This document shows, piece by piece, positions 13,471-25,845 of a DNA stretch of 64,000 bases. The DNA is taken from contig OX597825.1 of assembly GCA_951406725.2 (NCBI GenBank), positions 11,098,001 to 11,162,000 of the forward strand. Direction: 5' to 3'. Under the pieces are notes generated by a model, which saw only the letters and a list, made by a program, of their open reading frames with translations, was not told where the DNA came from and searched no databases. The translations under genes and the position numbers were made by a program. Positions within the stretch are counted from its first letter, which is position 1; every line of letters starts with the position of its first letter. This DNA is from Octopus vulgaris (Eukaryota).

Positions 13471-14091
13471 TTAAAGCATGAACTTAGGATGCTGAATGAA
13501 AAACTTCATTATCATAGAAAAATATTTGAGTGAGCCAGTACATTCTCATATATACTTCCATTAACTTACATCCAAATAAATACATTTACACTCACACACA
13601 AAACGAATGCACACTCACACACAAAACGAATGCACACACACATATCTCCTTCCATATGTTCAACAATTAGAATATTTGATAAAAATTGGAGCAATAAATT
13701 AAATTTACTTGGTATTTCTATTGTAAAATAGACAATTGATTAAACCACACACAGGAAAAAAAGAAGGTAAAAATATATTTTTTTAAATGAAAATTAGCTA
13801 GTAGATATAGCACACCTGTTTATAATAGAAAGAAAACAATCTGTTTATATATTGCACCTGACATGTCAATCAATATATCTATCTATCTATTTAGCTCTCT
13901 CTCTCTCTGTCTATCTTTATACACACATACACACATGTATGCACGCACACATACATACAGTATATTGTAACATCTCAATCAACTTGATATTGACTATAAA
14001 TTTCTCTGTACACTCAATAGAGTTATTATTTTAAACTATTTGTTGTTATTCTTGAAAATAGTTTAAAATAATAACATGATTTTAACATTAA

Positions 14092-14473
14092 CTAGCAGTA
14101 TCGCCCGGCATTGCTCGGGTTTGTTTCAACCCTTTAGAATTGGAAAAGTAAACAGTTTGCATTATGTAGCTTGTTATTCTCTTTAAGTGAACATTTTTCT
14201 GGTTGAAATACACCAAAAAATGGCCACACAACAGTAAAAAAATCATAAAAATAGGGATTTTCATAGAAAAAAAGCACCTTTTTATGTAAATAATTTTTGG
14301 TGTTAACATGGTCCGATTTGAATTTTGTCTTCTACAGAAGGAAGAGCAAGCCTTCTTCTATCATACTCTCAATTTTGGTCAACTTGCGCTGCAGGGTCTC
14401 GGAGGAGATAATGTTAGTTGAAGGCTACCAAATCTGCCATACTCAGACAACTTCAGCTGTATATATAGAGAGA
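14092..14473 (-). mobile_element. Non-autonomous Helitron
   Basis: On minus strand: A|TC 5' end, subterminal GC hairpin, CTAG|T 3' end, no TSD. Confidence 0.85.
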
Positions 14474-14515
14474 TATACAGATGTGTGTGTGTGTATCTCA
14501 GTATGTGTGTAATCT

Positions 14516-15497
14516 TTTTCTTTTACTTGTTTCAGTCAGAGTCTGTGGTCATACTGGAACACCATTGTTGGTGTGATTCCTAGTTTATTTCTTTCTACTT
14601 ACACAGCACACCCACACCCACTCCATGTTTGGTTCTGATGATTTAGTGAGCTGGACCACTCCTTCTTTATTTGCATTCATTGCCATAATGTAGGTTCATC
14701 CAATACCTCAGATGAAAATTTGTCTAAGTATTTTTTTTTTACCATATCTACATCTATGCCTAACAGATCTCTGGGTATTTGTAACAATGTATTGAAAAGA
14801 TGTGGCTCCTTGAATCCTAAGTTGTTACAGTACTGGATCCTTACTTTAGATAGAGAAGATTGGATGTTTGATACTATCAGTGACATCCACTTCAGGGGTT
14901 GGCTTAGTTTTCAATCCTAGAATTAGGTGCTAAACCCTTTAAGATCTTCTGCATATATATCACTGCATATCTTTCATGTCTTCTCACTAGAAAGTCTCAG
15001 TTCTTTCAGCCTCACCCAGTAGCTTCTCAGTTGCACCACAGCAATTTTGTGGTGTAATAGCATTGCATTACATTGAGTTCTTTTGTTAGTTTAGTGACCA
15101 TAATTGGGATCTGTAGTTCAGGCAACTGAGAACAAATTTTCTCTACAGGACTAACACAGTTTCCTTTTTACTTGTTCTGAATTATCTCAGAATCCAAACA
15201 ACCTTTCACCTGCACATTGTTGCCATCTCAGCAATGTGCATACAGAATGATACACCATTACTAGATTGTTTTCTGATTGTAACTCCAAGATTACAATACC
15301 TCCTAATCTTATGTATTCCGTTTGTTGCCTGAAAGTGAAGCACTTGAAATTTTTCAGCATTGAAGTGCACGTTATTTTCTAAAACCCACTTGTATATTGC
15401 TTTTAGGTATTTCTGTATTTTTTGCATTGCCATCAGAGTCCTTGACTGCCTGTGATACTTTAATATCAACAGTATATCTTGTGAGAGTGGGTGACTG

Positions 15498-15546
<49 letters not shown>

Positions 15547-15700
15547 GAGAGCTATTACAAACAGTAGTAGTCCTAGTATAGTGCCCTGAAGGACAATGCA
15601 TGATTTGATGTCTCTCCAGAGAGAGTAATGATGGCTGTAACTGCCTGATTCCTACCTTTCAAATACCATGCAGCCTCTTACCTAAATTTCCAGCTATGTT
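14516..15700 (-). mobile_element. Decayed CR1-group LINE 3' portion (RT, C-terminus, 3'UTR)
   Basis: AIYKWVLENNVHFNAEKFQVLH and YCNNLGFKEPHLFNTL...DEP; tail gactgaaacaagtaaaaga; (GA)n inserted at 15502-15550. Confidence 0.85.
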
Positions 15701-16170
15701 GGGGCTACACAGTTTGTGACATATCATTTTGTGATCAACTTTGTGCTCTTTCCAAAGTCAAAATATATCACATCCACAATAATTAACCATTTTGCAAACA
15801 ATAACTCTGAGCACCTTTTCAAACTCCACCTGTCTAACACCCATGGATATCTTTACAAAGTCAGAAAACAGCACAGCTCCCATGACTTTCGGAAACATTT
15901 TTTCACGCTAAGAATTGCTGAAGTATGGAACAAACTGCTAGCATCGGTTGTCAGTTGTCGGAGCACTGAATCCTTCAAAACTTCCATGCTTCCTGAGATT
16001 CACAAAAACTACACCTGATTTTCTCCCCTCCATACACACACAAGCATGTTTCTGACTCATACATTGTTCGCTCTCCAGACATTTCTACATTACTGCATGT
16101 ACTTTATATGCACTTTTGACAAGTTGTGGTGCACCTGAGCACTGTATACAATAATTTCATTATTATTATT
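15701..16170 (+). mobile_element. 3' end of a different CR1 LINE family with (ATT)n tail
   Basis: HGYLYKVRKQHSSHDFRKHFFTLRIAEVWNKL..VV...FK is a CR1 ORF2 C-terminus; tail repeated at 48437-48488. Confidence 0.88.
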
Positions 16171-16509
16171 ATATATTATTTTAATGGTTGAACTGTTGTT
16201 TCAGTATGTTGTCATATTGCTGTAGTAGCTGTGTGAGTGAGGTGGCTCCTTCCTGGGCAAAGGCTGTGCTACGTGTCCGTGATGAATCCATTTTCTTCTA
16301 GCAGAATACATTTTATTAGTAGCTGAAGACTGTTTATATGAATTTTCCAATTTAATGAAAAGTCCTTTTCTTGGTTGAAATCTAGTTAGTGAATATGTAT
16401 AGTTTCATACGTATAAGCAGTATACTTTTATGAGTTCATTTGTGTTTTGTAAAAGTTTGTTTGCTAGTTACATTCTTTGGCACTGAAAGAAACGTTTTCA
16501 CTTGTTTAA

Positions 16510-16725
16510 CCCTTTCGTTACTGTATTCATTTTGAGATGCTCTGTTTTTCTCTGAATTATTTTAAATACAACAAAGAATTTAGTAAAATAACTTAGTTGT
16601 CATTAAGCTAGTGTTAGGAACATAAATAGTGACTAAGGTTGAAGATTTTTATTCAAAACTTTTGAAAACAAGACATTTGTACTACAGTGTCAGAGCTGGT
16701 TTCAGCCAGGCTGGTAATGAAAGGG
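16510..16725. mobile_element. piggyBac-type MITE, second family (216 bp)
   Basis: TTAA flanks, CCCTTTCGTTAC / GTAATGAAAGGG TIRs. Confidence 0.85.
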
Positions 16726-17835
16726 TTAAATTATATGTCTTGTGATCTTTGACAGCCTTGAGAGTATAAAAGTATAAACACTTGAGTTGCATGATATATG
16801 TAACTTGGATAAAAATATTTAGTCCATGCTGTTTAATGTTTTATGGGTCCAAGGGAATGCACTAGCCTTGCATACTTTATCATTGCATGTGAATGATGTC
16901 TTCATGCTGAAAGTAAGAAAAAAATGCAAGATGATTTTAACATAAATTATATGTATCGAAATACAAGAATGAGGGTTCGAGAAATGACTGAAGCCATGAT
17001 ATACTCCTGAGTTGGTAGACCGAGAGAGTAGGAGAAAGTTTCGAATTAAAACATTTAGCATCAGGTTAAGTCTATAAGTGTGTATCTTCAACAGAAAATT
17101 TTTGTATATTTATAATTTCCTGTTGTCAAGAGCAACACATTTGCTTAATCCTCCAAAATGGGTCCCTGATATTTGGAATTTATATTGTTACTTATGTCAG
17201 CTTTAGATTCAAAATGTTGGCAGTAATTATTTATAAGGCAGCATAAGAGATAATTGTTTATGATAAAACTTAGAAATGTTAGTCATAAGTATAATAGACT
17301 GATGACTGGCGACTTCTTAAAAGTTACATGGTTACATTCTATGATATGTCCATCTCAAGATTAATGTTTTGTGTGTGTTTGAGAGAAAGGTGGGAATCCA
17401 GTTTTGAGAGATTAAGGAGGTTTGGTTAATGGTTGGGGCACTATTGGGTTTTGTTGCCTTAGTTTTTTATGAGTAACTAATTTGATGTTCTTGGTGTTTG
17501 CAAATATGGAATACTAAGCAATGTGGTATCGATAATAAAACAGTAGAATCTGTTTTATGTAGAGCTTGGAAAGATTGCACAGTCATCTTTTTAGATTGTT
17601 TGGTTTACTCAAGATAATAAATGTTTCAGCTTGTCAGAACATTGAGAGAATGATGATTTCAGGCAAATCCAATGTGAATGATGATGTGATTGTTATTGTT
17701 TAGTCATGAAAATCATCTCAAGACACTGAAATTTGCACTAAAATTATTCAATTTACTATACCCTATTACTTTTCTCCCTCTTATTACCACCATGTGTAAC
17801 ATGTGTTGTTGTGTGTGTATTTTGTATGATTTTCA

Positions 17836-18315
17836 ATCATCATCATTATCATTATCATCCTCATTTAACGTCCGTTTTCCATGCTAGCATGGGTTGGACG
17901 GTTCAACTGGGCTCTGGGAAGCCAGAAGGCTGCACCAGGCTCCAGTCTGATCTGGCAGTGTTTCTACAGCTGGATGCCCTTCCTAACGCCAACCACTCCA
18001 TGAGTGTAGTGGGTGCTTTTTACGTGCCACCGGCACAGGTGCTAGGTGAGGCTGGCAATGGTCACGATCGGATTGGCGCTTTTTACATGCCACCGGCACG
18101 GAAGCCAGTCAAGGTGGCGCTGGTATCGGCCACGTTTGGATGGTGCTTTTTACGTGCCACCGGCACGGAAGCCAGTTAAGGCGGCGCTGGCATCAGCCAC
18201 GTTTGGATGGTGCTCTTTACATGCCACTGGCACGGAAGCCAGTCAAGGCGGCGCTGGCATCAGCTACGTTCAGATGGTGCTTTTTACATGCTACCAGCAC
18301 AGGGATCACAACTAC
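17836..18315 (-). mobile_element. Family C element with five tandem internal units
   Basis: Motif ggtgctttttacgtgccaccggcac (with variants) at 18012, 18075, 18142, 18209, 18276. Confidence 0.92.
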
Positions 18316-19039
18316 TATTCTTACATAATACTCATTATTTTTCATCTCAATACTAAATCACAATATTATTGTAATGCTAATTACACAAATTGTTAGATGA
18401 AATATTTGTTTGCTAAGAGTTTAAAAAGCTGGATAATATGGTTATGATTTTATCGAAAATATATTAAAATCTGCTAGACCATTGCAGCTATTCACTTTTT
18501 TCTGAATTTTAGTATATTTTCAAACTTTCATAATTAAATTATGTCAGAAATTATGTGAAGTTTTTTTTTTTCTTTATTATTGTGTTTTAGCAAAGTTCTC
18601 TCAAGTCTATACAAGATTTTACAATTACAGTATAAAAGCCATAGTTTCGTTGATATCTTCTTTCAGTCAGTATTCTCTGAACATATAAAGAAAAGATTAC
18701 TTTAAAATGGATCTCTGACATATTTAGGGTAGACTGAGAGGAAGGGTAATTTAGGGACTAAGTTGACCTAGAAAATGGGGATAGCATTTCACACTCACGA
18801 TGTCTCTTGTTGTCATCAATTAAACAATCTTATCTTTTTGATGATGTAAAAACAAGTATAAACTTGATATTCTATGTTTTCTTGCAGTTTTAAAAGATTC
18901 TGATTTCAAAACTTACATAGTTTCCTTCAAGTTTACTTTTAATGATAAACTCTATTTAGTTTTATAAAGAATGAATTTCAGAAAATTTATTCTGAATGCC
19001 ATTTATAAACACACACACACACACACATACACACGTGTG

Positions 19040-19460
19040 TGTGTATGTGTGTCTGTCACCACCACTTGACAGTTGTCAAGGCAAGCTGGTAGAAATATTA
19101 GCATGCTGGGCGAAATGCTCAGTGATATTTTGTGTCTTTACATTCTGAGTTCAAATTCCAGTGAGATCAACTTTGCCTTTTATCCTTTCGGGGTCGATAA
19201 ATTAAGTACCAGTTGCGTACTGAGATCACTGTAATTGACTGGCTCCCTTCCTCAAAATTTCAGGCCTTGTGCCTAGTGTAGAAAAGAATTGTTGGTTTAT
19301 TTACATCCCCATAACTTACCAGTTTGGCATAAGAGACTAATAGAATCATTAGCAGACTTAGAAAATAAGTACTGCGGTCGATTTATTTGACTAAAATCCT
19401 TCAAGGTTGTGCCCTAGCATAGCCATGGGGCAATAATGGAAACTAGTAAAGAGCAAAAGA
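19040..19460 (+). mobile_element. Family B 3' half interrupted by a Meta-domain SINE (19078-19290)
   Basis: ccaccacttgacag..[A element]..gttggtttatttacatcccc continues to the family B tail. Confidence 0.75.
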
Positions 19461-20513
19461 AATTATGTATTTCAATAAAGTTAACTTTTTCTACTCTTTT
19501 ATATTTTCTTGTTTAAATTGGATTTGTCTCATCTTGGGGGAAAATGAAATATAAAAGTGTGCCAACAACTCCTTAGATTTGTTCATTTTGTTTTATTGAT
19601 TGAACGGGCTTCATGTTATTTTGGTCTGAATGCCTAATGTTATTCTTTAGTCAGCTTGATACTACTTCGTTAGTAGATGACTGTTTTTCTTGATACTCTC
19701 TACAAAAGGATTTTTTTAATACCTGTGTTCCATTGTTCACCAAACCCTTTTATATATATATTTTTTCTATTTTGTAATTCTGACATACTGCTCCCTAGGA
19801 TAAAGGGCTTAATTAAGTAGATCCATTCTTCCCCTTTCTCTAGTCTGTTTTTTCTGATCTCATTTGTGACAGCTTTAATAATACTGTCACACTTTCTGAG
19901 GAATTTTCGTGCATATTTTTGTTTACTAGATTCTCCTCTGTGTTTTTCTTTGGCTCTTCACTCTCTTAATCTGATGCTTTACTCATCATTGGTGAAGTGA
20001 GAAATGGTTGAAAGTTATAGATGTTCAGACACTATTACTGCTGCTGCTGCTGCTACTGGTGAGGATAATGGTAACCATCATCATCATCGTCATCAACATC
20101 AATCCTTATAATCCTTCCCATCAGTCTCAATGAGAGCCACTATTATTCATGTCAGCTATAATCCTTTCTGACAAAACAATTGCAGTTTGCAGGACTTATT
20201 GCTTTATGCCATGTCCTGTCAGCTGAAAGATATGGACATGTCTTTTACACAAATGGCTACAACCTTTTTTAAGCATCTAACTTCTGCCTGTTCAGTTATA
20301 CACTCATAGTCATGTATAATATATATATATATAGCACCTCCATATGTAGAGACACTGTATAGAATAGTATAAAAACATCTAGATATTTTCCAATTTTTCT
20401 CTCTTGCATTCTTCCTTCCATTCAAGAATTACTGATGCACATACGCACAGATGTATTATCCATCAGCAAGTCAGAATTTAAAAGTATTTGAAGATTAGAA
20501 CCCAGTATGATTT

Positions 20514-20547
<34 letters not shown>

Positions 20548-20627
20548 TACATATGATGTATGTGCATATGACGAAGTTTTGGAGCATGTTGTTGTAGTAA
20601 ACAATATTCAGTAAATGAAATATATAT

Positions 20628-20925
20628 TCATCATCATCATCATCATCGTTTAACGTCCGCTTTCCATGCTAGCATGGGTTGGAAGGTTCGACTGGGGTCT
20701 GGGAAGTCAGGGGGCTGCACCAGGCCCAGTCTGATCTGGCAGTGTTTCTACAGCTGGATGCCCTTCCTAATGCCAACCACTCTGAGAGGATAGTGGGTGT
20801 TTTTTACGTGCCAGGCGAGGCTGGTGCTTTTTATGTGCCACCGGCACGGAGGCCAGTCGGGGTGGCGCTGGCAACGGCCACGTTCACTGGCAACTGCCAC
20901 GTTCGCTGGCAACGGCCACGGTCAC
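20628..20925 (-). mobile_element. Family C element
   Basis: (CAT)n tail, core and two units. Confidence 0.9.
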
Positions 20926-21949
20926 TAATTTTGGGAGTAGTGCTAAGTCAGTCTGGTTTAAATAGTGCCATGTTTAAGCAGTAAGTACACCGAGGGTCAC
21001 TTCTCGTTAATGGGTTCCTTGTTATTTTCATATATAAATTTATTGTTTACAAATCTATGATGTTTAATATGATGTTAAAATCTTGAGTATTATATCATTT
21101 GTGTGTTTGTTTGTGTGTGTGTATGAGAGTTATCCATCATATGGTGGCTAATTTCGGAAGAATACATACTTTTGCCACCATAAATAATATCAAAAAATAT
21201 GGCAAATATACAATAATTATAATTTAAAATATATCATAGATCTGTTCACTGTTCCATGCTGCCTGCATTGCATGGGCCTTGTCTGATTTTATCATCAATC
21301 TCTCTACTATTTGCTTTCTTGGTCTGTTCCTTGAGTGAATAAACATATATGCAAAATGTTATGAAGGAAACCTAGTTGTAGAAACCAAGCTAAAAAGGAA
21401 ATTTACAAGTGAGTTGCACTTCTGTGATCCATCCATGAGTTCAGAAACAACCTATCTAATCCATATAGGTATGGAACATAGGTGTAAAACAATTGATGAT
21501 GATGATAATGATGTGTGTGTGTTTGTATCTGTCAGTGCATCCATCCATCTACCCATCTATCTATCTGTTTATCTATCTAGCTATCTTTGATTTTATATGT
21601 GCGTGTGTGTGCATGCATGCACACACACCATGGCTGTCACTTGCAAGAGTGTATAACCTGGTACCATGTTCCATGCTTTCACTAATTGTTTCAAGTGTAG
21701 TTATGAGCAGACATATACATCTTCTTGGCCCTCTTCTTCTTGACTCAGAACATCAAAAATGTGACAACTGGAGGGAGAGAAGACTGCACCAGCATACAGC
21801 TTGTACTCATTTCCAGCTGTGTAGAACAGAACAACATTTAATGAAATGCCTCAGTACTTGTTATGCTTGCTCCTGTACACCTGCTTCATATGAAGGTTAA
21901 CTGCCTGTGATTCCACTACACCTCTTGAGCATCTATTGTTTATATTAGA

Positions 21950-22350
21950 CTAGCAGTATCGCCCGGCGTTGCTCGGGTTTGTAAGGGAAATAACTATATA
22001 AGCATTTTTAGAGATGTAAAGTATAATAGCCATCTCAATATGGTTAACCACAAAGGGGGGGGGGGGGTTATTGTAGTTTTTTACGTTCTGAGATTTAATA
22101 ATAAATTTTTAGAGAGTTACTTCCCTTATATATGCCAAAAATGCATTAAAAATGGGAAAAGTTAATGGTAATTTTTTTTTTTAAATCGTAGACTCATTGT
22201 AGACGTGCGCTAATACCCAGAAGGGCTCGATATGAATCACGACTATAAGATACCTGGTTTTGGTTAAACTGCACCGCAAAATGTGGGAGTAGTTAGGAAT
22301 CTAAATCGTATGAGACAGACAGCACACAACCTCACTTTTATATATAAAGA
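21950..22350 (-). mobile_element. Non-autonomous Helitron
   Basis: A|TC...hairpin cccgagcaacgccggg...CTAG|T on minus; near-identical ends to the 30821 copy. Confidence 0.88.
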
Positions 22351-23014
22351 TATCCTATATGGAGTTTCTACTTAATCCAGTTCCCTGATGGCAGCATAGC
22401 CCTGTCTCTTTTCCTACTTAGTAAAACTTATATATTAGTTAAGTTTTACTTCAAGATTCTTCAGTTCCAATTTTGAATCCATGCTTAGAATTTCTCCTCC
22501 AAATCCTCTACAGGTTCTGCTATAAGAACATCATCATTGGTATTGAAGAATTGCCATAAACAGCCAGTGATAAACTCCTGTTATGGCTTGAAGGACTATG
22601 ATAGAGATTTGGAAACAGACCTGTTGGACCAATATCTGCATGCTAACTTTGTTGTTGAACTCATTGTTAACTCTTGCTGACTGCACTTCTATACATGATT
22701 TGAACAACCCTTACGAGCTATTTATCTATCCCTAATTTAACTTACTGCTTACCAAATGATTGCATAAGGGTCCCTGAAATTAGTCTCCAGGTGAATGAAT
22801 GTGTGGCTGTTCGCCCTTCTCAATATTGTCAAACTTTACTTCTAACTCCAAATGTCATCCGATCAACCTTGCAACATCTGAGATTGGCTTGGTAATCTCA
22901 AGCAGCTGATCATGTCATTAGGAGAGCCTCTGGCCTCACTCTCTGGTGTTGTACCTGCAAGGTCATCACAAAGTTTAGAACCAATAACAGCAAAGTTAGA
23001 GCAAAGTTTATATA

Positions 23015-23560
23015 ATGTGATATTGTGAATTTTTACCCATTTATATCAAGGAAGTTAGGTAGTATCATGCATGTCAGAAAAACCCTACTCTTCAGCAAGG
23101 ATTCAGCCTAGGCCGAGTGCACTGACCCAGAAGGCTCCTTCGATGTAGCAACTGGCACATTCAACAGTGCTGATGTTAGTTCTTATTAGTTCTTCTTTGT
23201 CCTAGATTTACTTAATTAGAAATTCCTTGAAACTAGCTTTGGTCTCTGCAGAGACAATACTTTGGAAATATTGAGAAGGGTAAATGTCCACACACTTAAT
23301 AGACTCAGGAAGGACCTCATCTACACTGAATTCTTTTGGGCTCAGGTCACAGCAGGAACCAACCTGAAGACAGTTTATTTCATTGACGTAACCTTAGACT
23401 TGGAATCTGGTGCTTGCAGGTCCTTTAGTAAGCCAAACAAAAGGCTGACATTCATTAACACAGCATCCTGTCTTCCAGCCATAGTATTTCACCTAATGAA
23501 AGTGGTCAGTGGGAGAATCTCTAACGTGTTTTCAGGTAAACTTTGGCTCCTGCTACAATC
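23015..23560 (+). mobile_element. Penelope-like element RT remnant
   Basis: DIVNFYPFIS, IMHVRKTLLF, FDVATGTFNSADV and TNLKTVYFIDVTLDL..KPN..FIN..S match PLE RT/thumb motifs; frameshifts and stops. Confidence 0.75.
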
Positions 23561-23611
23561 TCACCAAGAACAATAACATTTTTGCAACTTGCCACCCACA
23601 CTTAATCTCAC

Positions 23612-23850
23612 TATTTCTTATTTCTTTATTGCCCACAAGGGGCTAAACACAGAGGGGACAAACAAGGACAAACAAACGGATTAAGTCGGTTATATCGACC
23701 CCAGTGTGTAACTGGTACTTATTTAATTGACCCCAAAAGGATGAAAGGTAAAGTTGATCTCGGTGGAATTTGAATTCAGAACGTAGTGGTAGACGAAATA
23801 CCACTAAGCATATCGCGCGGCATGCTAACGTCTCTGCCAGCTCACCACCC
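23612..23850 (-). mobile_element. Meta-domain tRNA SINE (family A1)
   Basis: tRNA head, cctttcatcct..ggtc.at.aa.taagtacca domain, gccccttgtggg tail. Confidence 0.88.
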
Positions 23851-24294
23851 CCTGGTAACACTAATGAACCCCTATTCCCCAATTCATATGTATCATTAAT
23901 CACCCTTATACATTTCCAACCTCTAGTTATCATCTTCTCTCCCCTAACTTCTTTTAAACTCATAATTATTAACCTTTGTTTATCATTCAGTATTTTTACA
24001 CTGCTACCCTTACTATCTCATACTCTCTCCATACATTTTAGCTACTATCCAACTTCATGTCCTATTCTTCTGTCTCCAGAGCCTACTCCAACACTTAGTC
24101 ACCACTATCTTTATTTCTCTTTCCAGTGTCACACTGAATACTCCCACCCCATTTTTGTATAATGTGAGCAGCCATATATCTCTTCAACAGCAAGAAATCT
24201 ATCCTTATTCCTTCCTTCATACACTGCCACTTTCATCATCCAGCATGAAGCTACCCCCTCTATACTGATACTGATCTTAGTTTTGATAGCTTTA

Positions 24295-24500
24295 TGGTGA
24301 CCTCAAATAGTGCCGGCACTTCAAAAAATGCACTCAGTACACTCTGTAAAGTGATTAGTGTTAGGAGAGGTACCCAGCCAGAAAAATTGTCAAAGCAGAC
24401 TTGGAGCACAAATGTAGTCCTCTGATCTGTTGGATTCTGTCCAAACTATCTGGTGCATGCTACCTAGAAGTTAAATGTTAAAAGATGATGATGATGATTA
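24295..24500 (+). mobile_element. Older family C copy
   Basis: Degenerate core and (GAT)n tail. Confidence 0.65.
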
Positions 24501-24509
24501 TTATATATA

Positions 24510-24676
24510 TGTAGGCATAGATGTGTAGTTAAGTTTGCTTCTCAACCACATGGTTCCAGGTTCAATCTCACTGCATGGCACTTTGGGCAAGTGTTTTCTA
24601 CTTTAGCCTTGGGCTGACAAAAGGCTTGTGAGAGGATTTGATGGATGGAAATTGAAAGAAACCTATTGTGTGTGTA

Positions 24677-24709
<33 letters not shown>

Positions 24710-24710
24710 A
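24510..24710 (+). mobile_element. Family B head and core ending in (TG)n
   Basis: caaccacatggttccaggttca...ggcactttgggcaagtg. Confidence 0.8.
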
Positions 24711-24939
24711 TGAGTTGAGAAGATAATGGGGAAGAGGTAACAGGTGGTGCAAAAAAGTAGGGGGAATAATATGTGCCAATACTTCCCTCAAGTGCCTACA
24801 GCCACCAAGTAGTAACATAGATAGTGGAGTGACGGAGGGCTGGGTATTAGATGAATGTGATGTGAGGAATGTTTGGTGCAGTAGAATGGGTTACAAGCAT
24901 AACCACAATGCTTTTAGGACATCATCTTTGCTGTGTTGG

Positions 24940-25620
24940 ACAGGACCCCTTGAGTATAGTGAATCACCAGTTTTCTCAGTCCTTTGTCATTTTCTCTATG
25001 AGGTTCAGCAACTTGAGGTCAGTCTTCACTACTACATCCCATTTCTTCCCAGGCCTCCCTCATCCCCATGTCCCATCCACTTTATGTAGCTGTCCTCCTC
25101 CATACACATCACATGACCAAACCAGCACACTACATCTGATTCCCCTTATGCCTAATTTTTCTCTTAAAATCTTAGTATTTTGTCATACATATACACTGAT
25201 GCTGCACATCCGTTGGAACATACTAGTTTCATTCCTCTCTATTCTTTTGTATGTCCTCTGCATCCATAGTCCACTTCTCATTACCATGTAGCATTGCTGT
25301 TCATACACAAGCATCATACAATCTGCCTTTTACATGGAGAGAGAGAGAGAAAACTATTGTATCCAACAGAGGTAATAGTTTCCTGAACTTTGTCTATCTT
25401 ATTCTTATTCTTGCAACTATACTTTCAGAACATTCTCCTCCACAGTTAATTAGATCACCCAGTTAACTGAAACTATGTACGAATTTTAGGGAGCTACCAG
25501 GGCATTTGAGAAAATCAGTTTCCCCATGTATCCTTGGTCTTTATGGCTCCTTTGCATCTTTTACATACAAAGGATACTTTCTCCATTAACTTTCCTGGTG
25601 AATAAAAAGTCGGTGGGTCC
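24940..25620 (-). mobile_element. Decayed RTE-clade LINE fragment
   Basis: Minus strand reads LREKLGIRGIRC and a WFGHVM-like motif; homologous to 39480-40900, 47480-47760 and 57853-58270. Confidence 0.7.
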
Positions 25621-25845
25621 TGTACTTGTGGGTAGCACAAGGAATGGTGGAAAAAAATGTAAGAATAGGTGCATTTAGACTGACTGGAAGCAATAAATAA
25701 GAAGTGTGGTGTGAGGATTAAGAGATGTTAGTGTTAGAGGATGTGACAAGCTTTCAAAGAGTAGAGAGCTGGCAGACATACATGCACACATATGTACATA
25801 CATATTCCTAACGATTCCAGCCTGTGTATATACAAATATTTCTTA

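Noticed and set aside
12840-13530. Possible decayed transposase around the MITE
   Set aside because: Coding-like composition but no recognisable motif
14516-16170. Second twin-priming inversion
   Set aside because: Each half has its own, different 3' tail, so these are two independent LINE families back to back
18012-18305. CRISPR-like repeat-spacer array
   Set aside because: Inter-repeat segments are homologous to each other, the array is inside a dispersed eukaryotic retroposon, and there are no cas genes
22380-22990. Old LINE RT fragment on minus strand
   Set aside because: Only vague motif resemblance; cannot be supported without alignment
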